Assembly (NCBI GenBank): GCA_008690995.1 | Contig: VRMN01000001.1 | Coordinates: 124,001 to 188,000 of the forward strand | Direction: 5' to 3' | Source of the DNA: Porphyridium purpureum | Lineage: Eukaryota | DNA: 64,000 bases | Part shown: positions 43,401 through 53,400 of the stretch, in pieces | Numbering within the stretch: position 1 is the stretch's first letter | Layout of the letters: each line of letters begins with the position of its first letter | Notes under the pieces: generated by a model | Seen by the model: the letters and a program-made list of their open reading frames with translations, nothing else | The model's database searches: none | Told to the model about the DNA's origin: nothing | Position numbers and translations under genes: made by a program

Positions 43401-45088
43401 TAGTTCAAGAGCTGCTGGTAACGCAGGTGATCGAATCCAAGAGTGCCATGGCCTCGAGTGCCGGTCGCGATGCTTTTGTCCGCGAGTTGACCGCGTTGAG
43501 AAGCGTCGGCGCGCTTCCGCTGGAGAAAGCGGTCGAGCGCAGAACGGCGACGCGAACGCCGCACGCACAGTTTGTGAAGCTGAAGGCCGTGTTCGGAATC
43601 AAAAATGCCGAACTAGGGCCCAGCGCGTGGAAACACAAGTGCCGACTTGTGTGTCAAGGGTGCGTGGTTAGAGACGCAACCGGAACCCTGGTTGTGAACC
43701 CATTTGATTGGGAGAAGCCGCCTGGTTTAGTAGCCATCAGGGCCGCATTAAGCGCAGCGCTGTTGGAGCACGGAGAACAGGCTGACGCTGCGTTCTTCGA
43801 CGTGGACAACGCATACGTACACGCGCCCCTCGGGGGTCCTCCGACATTCGTCGAATTAGCCGGTCTTACTCGCTGGTTGAGAGGTTGCATACCGTCCAGT
43901 CTGTCGTCAAAGCTCGAAGCCATGGAGAGGCCCGTCGTCAGGCTGCCCATGGCGCTGTATGGCTTGCCACGCAGCGGAAGCGACTTTGGAGCTCACGCAC
44001 GGTCAAGACTTGAAGGTCTGGGTTGGAAAGAATCCGCCTCAGATAAGAACGTATACTGGAGAAAGCGAATGGGTAAGACGGAATGGACAGTCCTATACGT
44101 TGATGATGGGGCGGTTTTCGGTGACAGTGGGGCAATACGGGAGGCGGTTGCGGAGATGAAAAAGGAGTTCTCTATCACCCGCGCGATTGAATACATGCGC
44201 GAAGCGACAAAAGAAAACCCTGTGCGGTTCCTGGGCATCGGGTTCTATGTCGACAAAGACATGGACGGTGCCTGGGTGATGAGTTCACGAGAGTATGCAC
44301 GGCATATGCTAGCAGACGGTCAAGAGAGGCAGGCGCGAAAGACTCCGATGTCTTGTAAACCTGAGCCCGACAGAGATGGCGAGGTCTGTGACAAGAGCGT
44401 GAGACGCACCTTGGGGCGTATTTTGTGGCTGGTTCGGACAACCAGGCCAGATCTGGCATTCGCAGTTGGTACGGTAGCGCGCTGCACGGATCGCTGGGGT
44501 GAAGAAGCCGAAAAGGGCCTGAACGACATCATGCGGTACCTGCAGGGCAGTGCCGATGCGGTGTTGGTGTTTCGCGTGCCACCTCTTTCGGGTGCCGGCA
44601 GGGCCTTGCCTGTGTCTGTATCTTGTTATACTGACGCAGACTTCAGCGCAGAGAGGTCGACTAGCGGCGTGTGCACTTTCTTTGTTGGTAAGAATACGAG
44701 ACACCTTGTGGACTGGTCAAGTGGGCGGCAACGCCGGACCGCGACCTCAACCGCCGAGGCGGAACTGATCGCTGCACATACAGCAGTGCAGTATCGTGTC
44801 TTTCCGCTGGGCGTGTTTATCGAAGAATGGCACAATGTATGGCCAAAGGTGGCCATGTATGTCGACAATGAGACCGCGCTAAACGCGATCAACAAGGGAT
44901 GGAGTGACAAGATGTTGCATCTTCACAAGATGCAGAAAATCAGCCTGAAATGGCTGAACGAAGTGTCCAAGGACGGCCTGGCAGACTTCGTGCACGTGAA
45001 CAGCAAAGACAATCTTGCAGACGGTTTGACGAAGAATCTCGCAGTCGACTCGTTCCAAAAGCAACGCCATGGTTGGTGCGTCGTCTGA
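40496..45088 (+). CDS. Gag-Pol polyprotein: retrotransposon Gag, CCHC, aspartic protease, integrase, Myb/SANT, RT, RNase H
   Basis: Gag 'FLTDDAQLWW..SVEEYTNTF..KYKRGL..GPAPMELG'; CANCKRIGHWKKDC; PR 'AVFDTGATNTY..IVGLDWL'; INT 'HDLLHMPAKEDCGIC..SIDLV..KSDGGGEF..SQERLHR'; Myb 43094-43252; RT 'KCRLVCQG..DVDNAY..LYGL..LYVDD'; RH 'YTDADF..STAEAEL..VDN..NLADGLTK'. Confidence 0.96.
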   Translation: MDDREQEQSRLRAIMAARQQSLEPQPLQQGGGTQGNAQAGPSPTEFDMLMARVRAELSADLRMAQQRIEGLESDLAHERAARSALASAGAGQVVHQRGKLLEPARMPAYDGKRDLVKILTWISAARDRVIEPYKDEVAAVGESWDDAAEKRVVRNLAGFLTDDAQLWWIRLREQPFTVEAFLAALEMRFAPVNPGARARDELFALEQNSTSVEEYTNTFSSLCLRIEDATESELFDKYKRGLDKDIRVQTELKGTSSLEEVIRVASEIDAIMHPERARTAKKGQTPYGDGPAPMELGSAERGGKSVGAGSGGKRKSGRKKWKARDSGRRDGLKKDQCANCKRIGHWKKDCPELAAQAAELELLTASTRPKVERLVKRKMWVNGHQVDAVFDTGATNTYASLAFCEKIGVAVDRRAAVGGVRLADGTMCRPEGTARLTLRMHGARDAKLSAVVHRARHELIVGLDWLRAQKAHLSVGGMELLSTDAEKINEKPNEPIRATEPVRVLDHDLLHMPAKEDCGICALGKIQRVRAVRRKESDSNAIIDFNEAVSIDLVDPSSVGVDGTRWVLVHKDIGTGWVSVTGLRNKLADTASFAFREIQRGRGWPRLVKSDGGGEFGGVFEDMLRDHLVAHEKGIARRSNTHASQERLHRDMNATVRALLIQSGLPSSWFCFAARYWADARNLVWAGRGGGTTAYEKRFNTKWKLELPAFGRGVVVYDEASDKNEPKGSVAIVVGFRIPESAVIKQRLNCLVIPVSDMRPAAARWVQEWKLLKEKYPVVRKQLRPVEEEFARPPDPKPVADDEGQQYPGSGRNDKSDETGETSETEPPADSREKSNEIETGFKECVRASETEAPPMGPLATVDGRSRKGSWSSEQIAAISGGFTRLGPKWSQIIKESKAALAGKTAKDVRSKAQALGLLGSQAQGLGEHRRGRSGALRRARVKFVEVAEKGVSARAEKVSVPLAGATALVQELLVTQVIESKSAMASSAGRDAFVRELTALRSVGALPLEKAVERRTATRTPHAQFVKLKAVFGIKNAELGPSAWKHKCRLVCQGCVVRDATGTLVVNPFDWEKPPGLVAIRAALSAALLEHGEQADAAFFDVDNAYVHAPLGGPPTFVELAGLTRWLRGCIPSSLSSKLEAMERPVVRLPMALYGLPRSGSDFGAHARSRLEGLGWKESASDKNVYWRKRMGKTEWTVLYVDDGAVFGDSGAIREAVAEMKKEFSITRAIEYMREATKENPVRFLGIGFYVDKDMDGAWVMSSREYARHMLADGQERQARKTPMSCKPEPDRDGEVCDKSVRRTLGRILWLVRTTRPDLAFAVGTVARCTDRWGEEAEKGLNDIMRYLQGSADAVLVFRVPPLSGAGRALPVSVSCYTDADFSAERSTSGVCTFFVGKNTRHLVDWSSGRQRRTATSTAEAELIAAHTAVQYRVFPLGVFIEEWHNVWPKVAMYVDNETALNAINKGWSDKMLHLHKMQKISLKWLNEVSKDGLADFVHVNSKDNLADGLTKNLAVDSFQKQRHGWCVV

Positions 45089-45133
45089 ACCTCGAGACAG
45101 AGTGGAGTCCGGTGATTTGCGCGTGAGGAGGCG

Positions 45134-45447
45134 CGTGGGAACGATGAGGTCCCGCTGAACCGCGGACTCCCGTGTTCACTTGGCCGGCGGTGCGGCATAA
45201 GTACGTTCTGTGGAGCGGCCGGGTCCCGGCCGGATAACTAGCGAAGATAAGAGACTCTTTAGCGTGGTGAGGTAAAGGTTCGTCGTTTATTCGGAGCGAT
45301 AGGGAGCCGGCGCAGAATCGTCTGCGCGCCTCGAAGAGTCCGCCATATTAGTGGCCCACGTGTTGCACGTTTCGCCGTGCGCACCCGCACCCCTTTCGGG
45401 CGTAGCATCGATCTTTCTCGGCCGATCCCTTGGAGCACCTCTCCAAG
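45134..45447 (+). repeat. 3' LTR
   Basis: Identical to 39885-40198; preceded by short purine tract GAGGAGG. Confidence 0.96.
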
Positions 45448-45599
45448 ATAAACACTGTACTCGGTGTACTCGGTGTACTTAGTGTACAGTTGCGCCCGAG
45501 CGTTTTGTGGAAGGCCGACTTGGTGGTGAGTGTGGGAACGGCCAGTGAGTTGGGAAAAGTGGGAGTGTTGGACGCGCGAGTGCGATGCGTGGTGGAGCG

Positions 45600-46260
45600 G
45601 CGGCCGGACAGAGGTGCCGGCAAATGCGCTGATGCGCGCCCTCGTCAAACGCGACCTGGACGCTGTCAGTGCGGGTGTGTGCGCGGATGCCAAGTTGCTG
45701 CGATTGAATGCAGCGTTCGGAGGAATGAGTGTGCGCCGTTAAGCGGGATGGCTGACCTTTTGCAGACGCCGTGCCGCGGCTGCTCGCTCGCGATGCGCAA
45801 CTTTACTTCTCGAGTAGACGTATGGTCGCTCTGAATGATGGCGTATCTGGTCAGCATGGTAAGGGCATTGTCAAGGCGCTTCGGAATCCCGGTGCGGACA
45901 CGTACCAGTGAACCACCTCGAAAGTCACACTGCTAAGTGCCGTGGCGGCGAGCAGGGCGCGTGGATGTTGTCCAGTGACCCTTACTTTGAGGCACAGATA
46001 TGGCTGCTCCGGAACAGACTCGTGAAAAGACCCGCCCGACACCTCGCCGTGGAACTTACGCATCGGCATGTTGTTGAGCTGGCTTGGAAGCCGGCCTCGG
46101 TGTGAACAAGGTTTGACGTGAACGGCCCCTGTGCATAGTATGTAGCCTTGCACTGGGACTTGCTTGATGTAGAAAGAATCCTTTTGGCACATGGCGCAGA
46201 CTCAAATGCCAAGACGCACGGCGGTGACCCGCCGTTGGACAGTGGACATCTTTTCAAAGA
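45600..46260 (+). pseudogene. Ankyrin-repeat pseudogene fragments
   Basis: Frame-hopping ankyrin-like pieces with stops: 'GIVKALRNPGADT', 'PARHLAVELTHRHVVEL', 'LLDVERILLAHGADSNAKTHGGDPPL'. Confidence 0.6.
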
Positions 46261-46434
46261 AACAAGTCCACTTCCCAGGAGATGGTGTTGTTCGCTTGGG
46301 ACGTTTAGCAGTGGGAGTTTGCCTGGGTCACAGTCACAAGGGTCAGAGGAACACCGTGGAGCGGAGTTGTAGAGTGCTTTTTTAAAAAAAACGGGCTGTT
46401 CTTCCACTTAGTTTACGTCGCGCTCAAGGGAACG

Positions 46435-47055
46435 CTAAATTCGTAGCGCGAGCAGCTGCTCTCGACTCATGGGCACGTTAGACGTATTCTTCGCTTCCTC
46501 GTTGTTGCCCCAGTATGGTTCGTCCATGTCCATATCCATGTCGGTCATGCACTTTGCGCTCTGTCCATCCACGGTGGTGGCGTCGCCCACAAAGTCAAAC
46601 TTGTGCGGGAATTTCGTGACGCGCGGCTGGTCTGCGCCAATGTTGCGCACGATCTTATGCACCAGAGCATGCGCCGGCGGGTTTTCCGCGAGCTCGGGAT
46701 CAACATACTCGTTATTAACGTAGTACCCCACGCGGATAAACTCCTTGTCCTTATAGCTACACGACAGAAGAATAATCGTGACGCCCAATACGTCTTCTTC
46801 GGGAAGCAGCTCAAACTTGGGCGCATCTACTTGAAGTACAAAGCCGAACCGGCCGACCGCATCCGCTGGAAGCAGCACCACATCCAAGTCTTGGTCGTAC
46901 GACTCGTCCTCGGCAGAGCCGACATAGGTCACTTTCCACTCAATGTCATCTTCGAGCGCCTCTCTAACCTCGTACGTAATTTCAAACTGGATGGGACTCG
47001 TGAATGTGGCTGGATTCTCAAGCACGCTCACATTCACAATATCCACAGCTGCCAT
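46435..47055 (-). CDS. ASF1: Histone H3-H4 chaperone ASF1
   Basis: 'NPATFTSPIQFEITYE..DIEWKVTYVGSAE..YDQDLD..GVTIILLSCSYKDKEFIRVGYYVNNEY..PRVTKF'. Confidence 0.98.
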   Translation of the reverse strand: MAAVDIVNVSVLENPATFTSPIQFEITYEVREALEDDIEWKVTYVGSAEDESYDQDLDVVLLPADAVGRFGFVLQVDAPKFELLPEEDVLGVTIILLSCSYKDKEFIRVGYYVNNEYVDPELAENPPAHALVHKIVRNIGADQPRVTKFPHKFDFVGDATTVDGQSAKCMTDMDMDMDEPYWGNNEEAKNTSNVPMSREQLLALRI

Positions 47056-47490
47056 CGTTCCCTGTCAACGCCAAAGAGCACGACGTCGGTCGCGACGTCA
47101 GCCACTGCGCCAGCTGCAGCCCTATGCGTCCCCCTCTCCGCGCGCCGCCAACCCTCCCCTTTCCTATCCCCTCCTTCCCCACTCCCTCTCGCTTCGTCTT
47201 GCTCCCACCACGCGACACACGCGCTGCTGTCAGTGACGCGCCAAACCCAGCTGCGGACACGTCCGTGTGCGTGACAACCTCGCCGAGGACACCTGCCGTG
47301 CTCCTTCTCTTCGTGCAACAATAGCCCGCGCGCCGCTGAGCCACGAAGCACCAAGCCGGTTCTTCCACGCCTTTTCTGTGCCTTCGACAACCGACGCGCC
47401 CACTCGCACGCCGTACGCCGCGCGCTCGCGCCTTGCCGCTCCCGGTTCGCGCGCAACTTGGTCCCGCGCCTGCCGCACGCACGTTTGCTT

Positions 47491-47559
47491 TTTCGCGCGC
47501 CAACTCAAGCACGCACGCCATTTCGGCTTCTCCGGTTTCCCGGTTTCCCGGTTTCCCGC
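47491..47559. promoter_or_regulatory. Cluster of E2F-type sites upstream of ASF1
   Basis: TTTCGCGC (47491-98) and tandem TTTCCCGG-TTTCCCGG-TTTCCCGC (47536-59) match TTTSSCGS. Confidence 0.6.
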
Positions 47560-48818
47560 GACGTGCTGCTTACACAACACCATCATCTAACAACCGCGCG
47601 TGTTTTGCTAGAAAAACACGGCGGCTCGAGCGTCAAATCTTAACGGTTTGCTTGGCGTTTCGGCGTTAAACCGTTAAAGAAAGAAGTACAGTGCGTACAG
47701 TAGTGGGTGGGGAGTGAAGGCGCTTGTGGTTGGTGCGCGCGGGGGAACTGGTGACAGGTGTGGAGAGTTGCGGCGGTGTGGTTGTGGAGTGGAAGACCAA
47801 AGCTCCACTGATGCGCAGCAGACATGGGCGTGAAATGCTCTGCTCGTATATGCGCAGGCGTCGGCACGCTGCGTAGTGTGTGCGGAGCTCGACACGATAC
47901 AGGCCTGGTCACGTTGACGTGTGTCTATGTGATCGTTTCCTGCAGCCGGGACACGGACGAGGGAACCTGAGGGCTGCAATTTATTATTTTTTTGCCTGAC
48001 TTTTCCTTCAGCAGGCGTGGGAACAGAGGCGCTATTCGGAATGCTGATATTCTGCTCATGTTACTGCTCCTGCTGGTGGTGATCCGGGCCAAAGCAAACC
48101 TAAATGCAACCGTAACATCGCGAACTTTGGCAAGACGGATGAGATCAGCGATCCAAACATGCGCGCGACGCGTGCAATGCAGACTCGGACTGCTGCCAAT
48201 CAAAGGGCGCGTGCAAACGTCGTGTCAAGGGGTCCCAATCTCCATCTGATTCCTTTCACTGTGTCGCTGCATCTCGCACAGCGTGACGAAATGGGAAACG
48301 AGACCCACGCATGTGGAACGTGGAGACAGAGAGAAGCGGCATCCATTCGTAGAGTACGGTACCAGTACCTGTGCGTGTATGTCTTTCCAGAGCTCGAGCT
48401 TATGCTTCGTATACTTTATTTCTCTGCAACATTACACTGTACAACACCAGCTCTTCAATGCCATAATTCACTTCTGAACCTTTGGTGGTCGTCCTTTCTA
48501 TCGTCGTTGGCGCTAACATCATCATCTCCACAACTATCATCATCAACATGAAATCTGTGTCATTCGCGTATCCCGAAACATTCTCGTTCTCCAATGACCG
48601 GCAAGTCCTACCCTTTCTTTCCGCGGCGTGCTCCATCAGCGAAGCAGAGAAGCTGTATGCGCCCATGAGCCCGGTCGAATTCTAAAACGTGGGTACCTTT
48701 GCTGCGGGCCAATGTCCTTTGCTTCCATCCCCGTGTTCTCTTCTGGCCGATACATAGGAAAGTACAGTCGATGTCCACGACCAAGATCTGGGGCCAAGAG
48801 TCCTGACGACATCTCCTG

Positions 48819-50057
48819 CTAGCTGCCCTGCTGCTTGCCGTAGAATTTGGACAGTTCCGATAAGTTTCCGTGCACGGAGCTCTCGTCTTGGCTCATGAGC
48901 AGAGCCTGCGACTGCGGCTGGTAAGACTTTGGTGGGCCTGGTGCGAATCGATGCCCGTGATCGACATTGGATGTGGAGCCGTACAGCTGGTTCTGCGGCA
49001 AGGAGCTCGGAAACGATATCCGTATGTCACGACATGAGCGCTGCGAGGACCCAAATACGACCGGCGCCGAACCAAGAAGCGAGCTGGCTTGGCGCGTGTC
49101 AGTTGTGTCGTCTGTAACGGGCAGCTGCGGCTCAAAGCGGCCCATGTCTTCGTGCGACGACTGCTGCTTCGGGATTTCCCAGAAAAGCGCAATTAGTATC
49201 AAAACTGGAACGATCTCCCACAGAAGCAGTGACGTAAAGACCAGCACAGGTCTTCTGTGGAATGAGATCATGGAACGAGACTCGTCCATGAATCCCCACC
49301 GGTACAAGCCGACGGCGCTCAGGTCGCACAGCGCCCGTGTCGAGCACACAAACACCAGAATACCCGTGACTACCACCATGCGCTCGACCGTATGGTGCCG
49401 CTTGCGGTTCATTCCGACGGCAAAGAGAGGCTGCAGCGTCTCGTTTTGCAGCATCCGCTTCATCTTCCGGTGGCACGAGCCGATGACGACGGCCAGAGAG
49501 CCGAACACGACGCCAGTGATGCCGAGGTGCACGCGGATCGAGTCGCGCAGTCCGTACATGGGAACGACGTAGCTCAGCGCGACGATGGACGCAAACATCA
49601 TGAGCACGGCGAGCACGTAGCACACGGTCCAGATAGTTCTGCGCGTGCTCCAGCTCTCGCGCTCGAGCAGGTAGCTGCAGAACATGACGAGCAGCGCAAA
49701 GCTGGCAAACTCAAAGGTCGCGGGCATCCACTCGAGCGTGAATGCCAGGAACGACGGCTCGAGCGGCTGCATGAGGACGAGCGCGCGCACGGCGGCCCAT
49801 CCCATGCACATGACCAGAAACGCGCACTGGAAGGAGAGCATGGAGTGGCGATGGTACGCAATGCGCGAGAGCTGCCACAGAATGAGCAGGACGAGGAGGA
49901 TGTAGAAGCCTCCCAGCAGCTGCGCGGCGCGCGACGGCGCAAACTGCTCCTGGTTGTACGGCAGGCGCGAGAGCTCGCGCGCGACGCCGACGCTGCTGAG
50001 CAGCGCGCGCGCGGGCGGGGCCGCGCGCGGCCGACCCATCACCCACGCATCTGCCAT
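48819..50057 (-). CDS. TOM1/THH1-like (GPR137/DUF1084-type) multi-pass membrane protein
   Basis: About 7 hydrophobic segments; 'WQLSRIAYHRHSMLSFQCAFL', 'PATFEFASFALLVMF', 'LLWEIVP'. First ATG at 50057. Confidence 0.8.
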   Translation of the reverse strand: MADAWVMGRPRAAPPARALLSSVGVARELSRLPYNQEQFAPSRAAQLLGGFYILLVLLILWQLSRIAYHRHSMLSFQCAFLVMCMGWAAVRALVLMQPLEPSFLAFTLEWMPATFEFASFALLVMFCSYLLERESWSTRRTIWTVCYVLAVLMMFASIVALSYVVPMYGLRDSIRVHLGITGVVFGSLAVVIGSCHRKMKRMLQNETLQPLFAVGMNRKRHHTVERMVVVTGILVFVCSTRALCDLSAVGLYRWGFMDESRSMISFHRRPVLVFTSLLLWEIVPVLILIALFWEIPKQQSSHEDMGRFEPQLPVTDDTTDTRQASSLLGSAPVVFGSSQRSCRDIRISFPSSLPQNQLYGSTSNVDHGHRFAPGPPKSYQPQSQALLMSQDESSVHGNLSELSKFYGKQQGS

Positions 50058-50431
50058 GCTCGCGCGACCATGGCGCGCGCCCTCCCACCCCCACCGACGA
50101 TCCACTCAAACCGACCCCACCCACGCACGCACACGCGCTTACTTTTCCTGCTCTCGGCCTCGCCTCAAACCGCTACCGCCACTGCGCCCGCTGCGCGCCC
50201 GCGCGGGCGCCAACGCGCGGCCCGTATCAAAACACCGCCGTTTTACTACACCCGCGCAAACGCCCCGCACCGGCTGCGCACAACCCTAGCGCCATCACGC
50301 CATCGCTGTACCTTACGGGTGTACACCTCCCGTTCCACCCCACAACCGACGCACTGTACTTCCACCGTACTTGGCTGTACTTGGCTGTACTTTGTGTGGG
50401 CGGTGTAAGCGAGGTCGATGCGTGAGAAACC

Positions 50432-53400
50432 CTAAGGGGTGGTGGTGCCGAGGATGGTGAGGAGCTGGCGCTGCTGTTCCTCGGGCAGCTCGCGCGCGGC
50501 GGTTTGCACGAGCGTCATGTCGGACTGGCACAGTGCGCGGACCGTGCTCGCGATCTCGTGGAGCACGGCGGTCGCGTCGAGTTGCACCAGCACGTCCGCC
50601 TGCTTTAGCTGCGCGTGCCGGCGCGCGCCCGGGTGCCGCTCGTAGTGCAGGCTCCCGCGCAGGTCGATAAAGTCGGCCGCTTCGTACGCATCGCACGCAT
50701 CGTCGGCGAAGCTCAGCTCGCGCGCCCCGGAAGAACCAGCTCCAGCACCAGCTCCACCGCCAGCTCCAGCGATCGCCACCGCGGCGCCGTCCTCGGCGCT
50801 CAGGCTGCGCTGCGAGTCCTCCTCAATGTTCATTTCCTGGTGAAGGCCCAGCGCGAGCAGCACAAACCGCGGAAGCGCCGCGAAAGAGCGGCGGTCAGCG
50901 CAGTTCTGCTTGAGAATCTCGCATAGCGCGAGTGTTGCAACTTTTTGACGCGGCGTCGTGTGCATCTCGTCGAAGAGATCAAACACTCGCACCGCAAAGA
51001 AAAACATCAGGTCCGTGTACTGCTCGGCGGTCCTAATGTCGCTCACCGTGCGCACCAGCTGCTGCCAGAGGTCGTTTCGCTGCACGAGCAGGCGGCAGAG
51101 TGTCACAAGTGATACAGCCGAGACATACGCGTCGTCGATGCTTCCTAGTGCTTGGGCATAGACCTCCGGCAGGAGTGGGAATGCGTGCTGGAAGCCAGCG
51201 GCCTGGTCTACAAGGAGCATCCAGTCCAGCGTCTCGAGCAGCAAAAGCACGGCACGCGGCCGCACTTCATGAAACAGTGGTAACAAAAGCTCACAGAAAA
51301 AGCCACTCTTCTGCGCAAGAAGATGCTCGCCTCCGAGAATCACGTAGGACTCAATGAGGCGCAAGATGATGGACAGGTGCTCGGTTCGGTCGGACACGTA
51401 GGTCAGAGCGTCGAGCATGGCATGCAGCTCCGGACGGTATTCACTGCTGACACTGACGGTGCAGTGCCACAACTCTAATCCATCCAGCAGTGAGTAGCTC
51501 GTCCCAAACGTGTCCTCATTACTTCGGATCGTGTACCGAATCATTTCGAAAACCAGCTCGCACACCACCCGGTTCGTGTAAAACATTTCTCCCACACCGT
51601 CTACCACGTACCGCAACTGCGCCAGGACGCAGTTAGCCATGAGCGTCTGATCATCCACGCTCCTGTCGGTAAAGCTATTCCTTCCGGTGTTGCTCAACAA
51701 TAAGCTAGTGGTGCTTGGCAGAGTCTGGCGACCGCCATCTCGCGCGTCAGCGCTCGCGTGTATGTTTATGGTGCTGGCAATGAGTCGCGGCACGTGCCGT
51801 GCAACGAGCTCGAGCATGGACACACTGGCTGGCGGCGGGCACTTCATGAAGAGGAGAGACACGAGGTCGAGAATTTGACGCACAGTGTCAAACTCCTGGC
51901 AATCGTCAATGAGATTATACGCGCGCTCCACAGCGGGTTGCAGCATGGGAACAAACTCATCCGGAACAAAACTCAGACTATCAGCAATGTAGTGCAGCGT
52001 CTGGCATGTCGCAATGCTGATGACAAGATCACCATTCTTCGGCAGCAAAAAGTGCACCAGCAGCTTGTAGACAGTGATATGGTCCACGGGCGGTCGTACG
52101 CTTTCTGAGAACATACCAATGAACCAGACGCTTCGTGCAAGCAGAGCACGCACTTGCACGGGAAGTGCAAAGTGGCCATCGGCATTGAGGCTAACGTTGG
52201 CGGCTGGGATAAGAATGCTAAATTTCTCATCCAATATTTCTTTCAGCGGCACCTTATCGTGCCATATCGCGTATGCCTTGCCGACAATGCGTAAGCAGGC
52301 CTCGTACCGCAAGAAGGCAGAAGGGTCCGCCACAAAGCCAGCTGCAGCAGCCTGCTCCGGAAATAACATCGCGTCCCATGTCTGGCGCGATTCAGACGCG
52401 CAACGCTCAAGCAAACCCAACAGCTTTCGCTTGACAAACGGATTGCGCTCCATGAGCGCCATAAGCATCGCCTCGCACACTGGCCTCAGATGCTTGTCTG
52501 GTTCGTATTCGGCAGCGTCCTCGTCGCGGCGAAAGCTTTCTGGGTCGTCCGCCCACTCTTCCAACTCCTCTGGCTGGAGCACAAAGACGCTCGCTGCGAC
52601 TTGCTCGCAGAAGAGCCAGCCGTCCAACCGCACAAATAAGGCGCGAATGAGCATTAATGCATTCATGTACATATCGTGTTTGAGGTGCTCTTCGAGATGT
52701 TCATCAATTTCCTCCAGAATATCATCGTCTTGCACCACAACTTCTTCCCCTTGCGGGTCTTGTTCGTGCCGCCGAGGATGCTGCTCATGCGATGGATCTT
52801 CTCCAGACGCCAGAACAGGAAGGCCCCATTCGTTATCCTGAGCGTCACCATCGCTCTCGTTGCCGTTGCCGATACCGTTGACAGAATACAAGCGCAGATT
52901 GTAGTATGATTGGCACGTCAGGATGTTCCGAAGCAGCGTTGCGCCGAGGCGGCAGTATTTCACGCTGCGACGTGGCCGGCTACCCATGCGTCCTAGAACA
53001 CCAGCGTATGCAGTTATGAATGGTGGCAGAAAACCGAGCATTTCCATGGGATGCCTACGCTGAATATGGACGAGCGAGCGAGCGGCATTTACAGACAGTG
53101 CGTGCATTAGAAAGCGCATGGTCCCACCGTGTCTTAGCTGGTCCGCATGAAAATGGTGCGACTGCTGCTGAGATTCCACTGCCGACACCGCGGCTTCTTC
53201 GTCGTCCGGATCAAATTCGTACGCACACTCTGGACGGCTCAAAAACGAAAAGAATCGGCGCGGAATAGACTCGACAGTCATTAGATCCAGCGTGAGGTTG
53301 GAAAATATAAGCCTTACGCATTTGAACGCAAGAATAAAACGCATGTAGACCGGATGGTTTCGTAACGCGTCTTCGTGTGTGATGTTCCGACTGAGCTCCA

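Larger units (their letters stand above)
39885..45447 (+). mobile_element. Intact LTR retrotransposon: Gypsy-type Gag/PR plus Copia-type INT-RT-RH plus Myb domain
   Basis: 314-bp LTRs identical by eye (39885-40198, 45134-45447); TSD ATAAA (39880-84, 45448-52), or ATAAAC if the LTR starts at 39886; single 1530-aa ORF. Confidence 0.97.

Noticed and set aside
39886..45447. Element as a self-removing GT...AG intron-like insertion
   Set aside because: LTR identity extends to the C at 39885/45134, favouring a 5-bp TSD. The insertion is intergenic and related LTRs do not end in AG. Kept only as an alternative reading.
45455..45489. CRISPR-like or telomeric array
   Set aside because: Only about four 9-bp units with no spacers, in a eukaryotic context; treated as a motif cluster.
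47900..48810. Short ORFs between ASF1 and the TOM1-like gene
   Set aside because: No recognisable homology or consistent frame.
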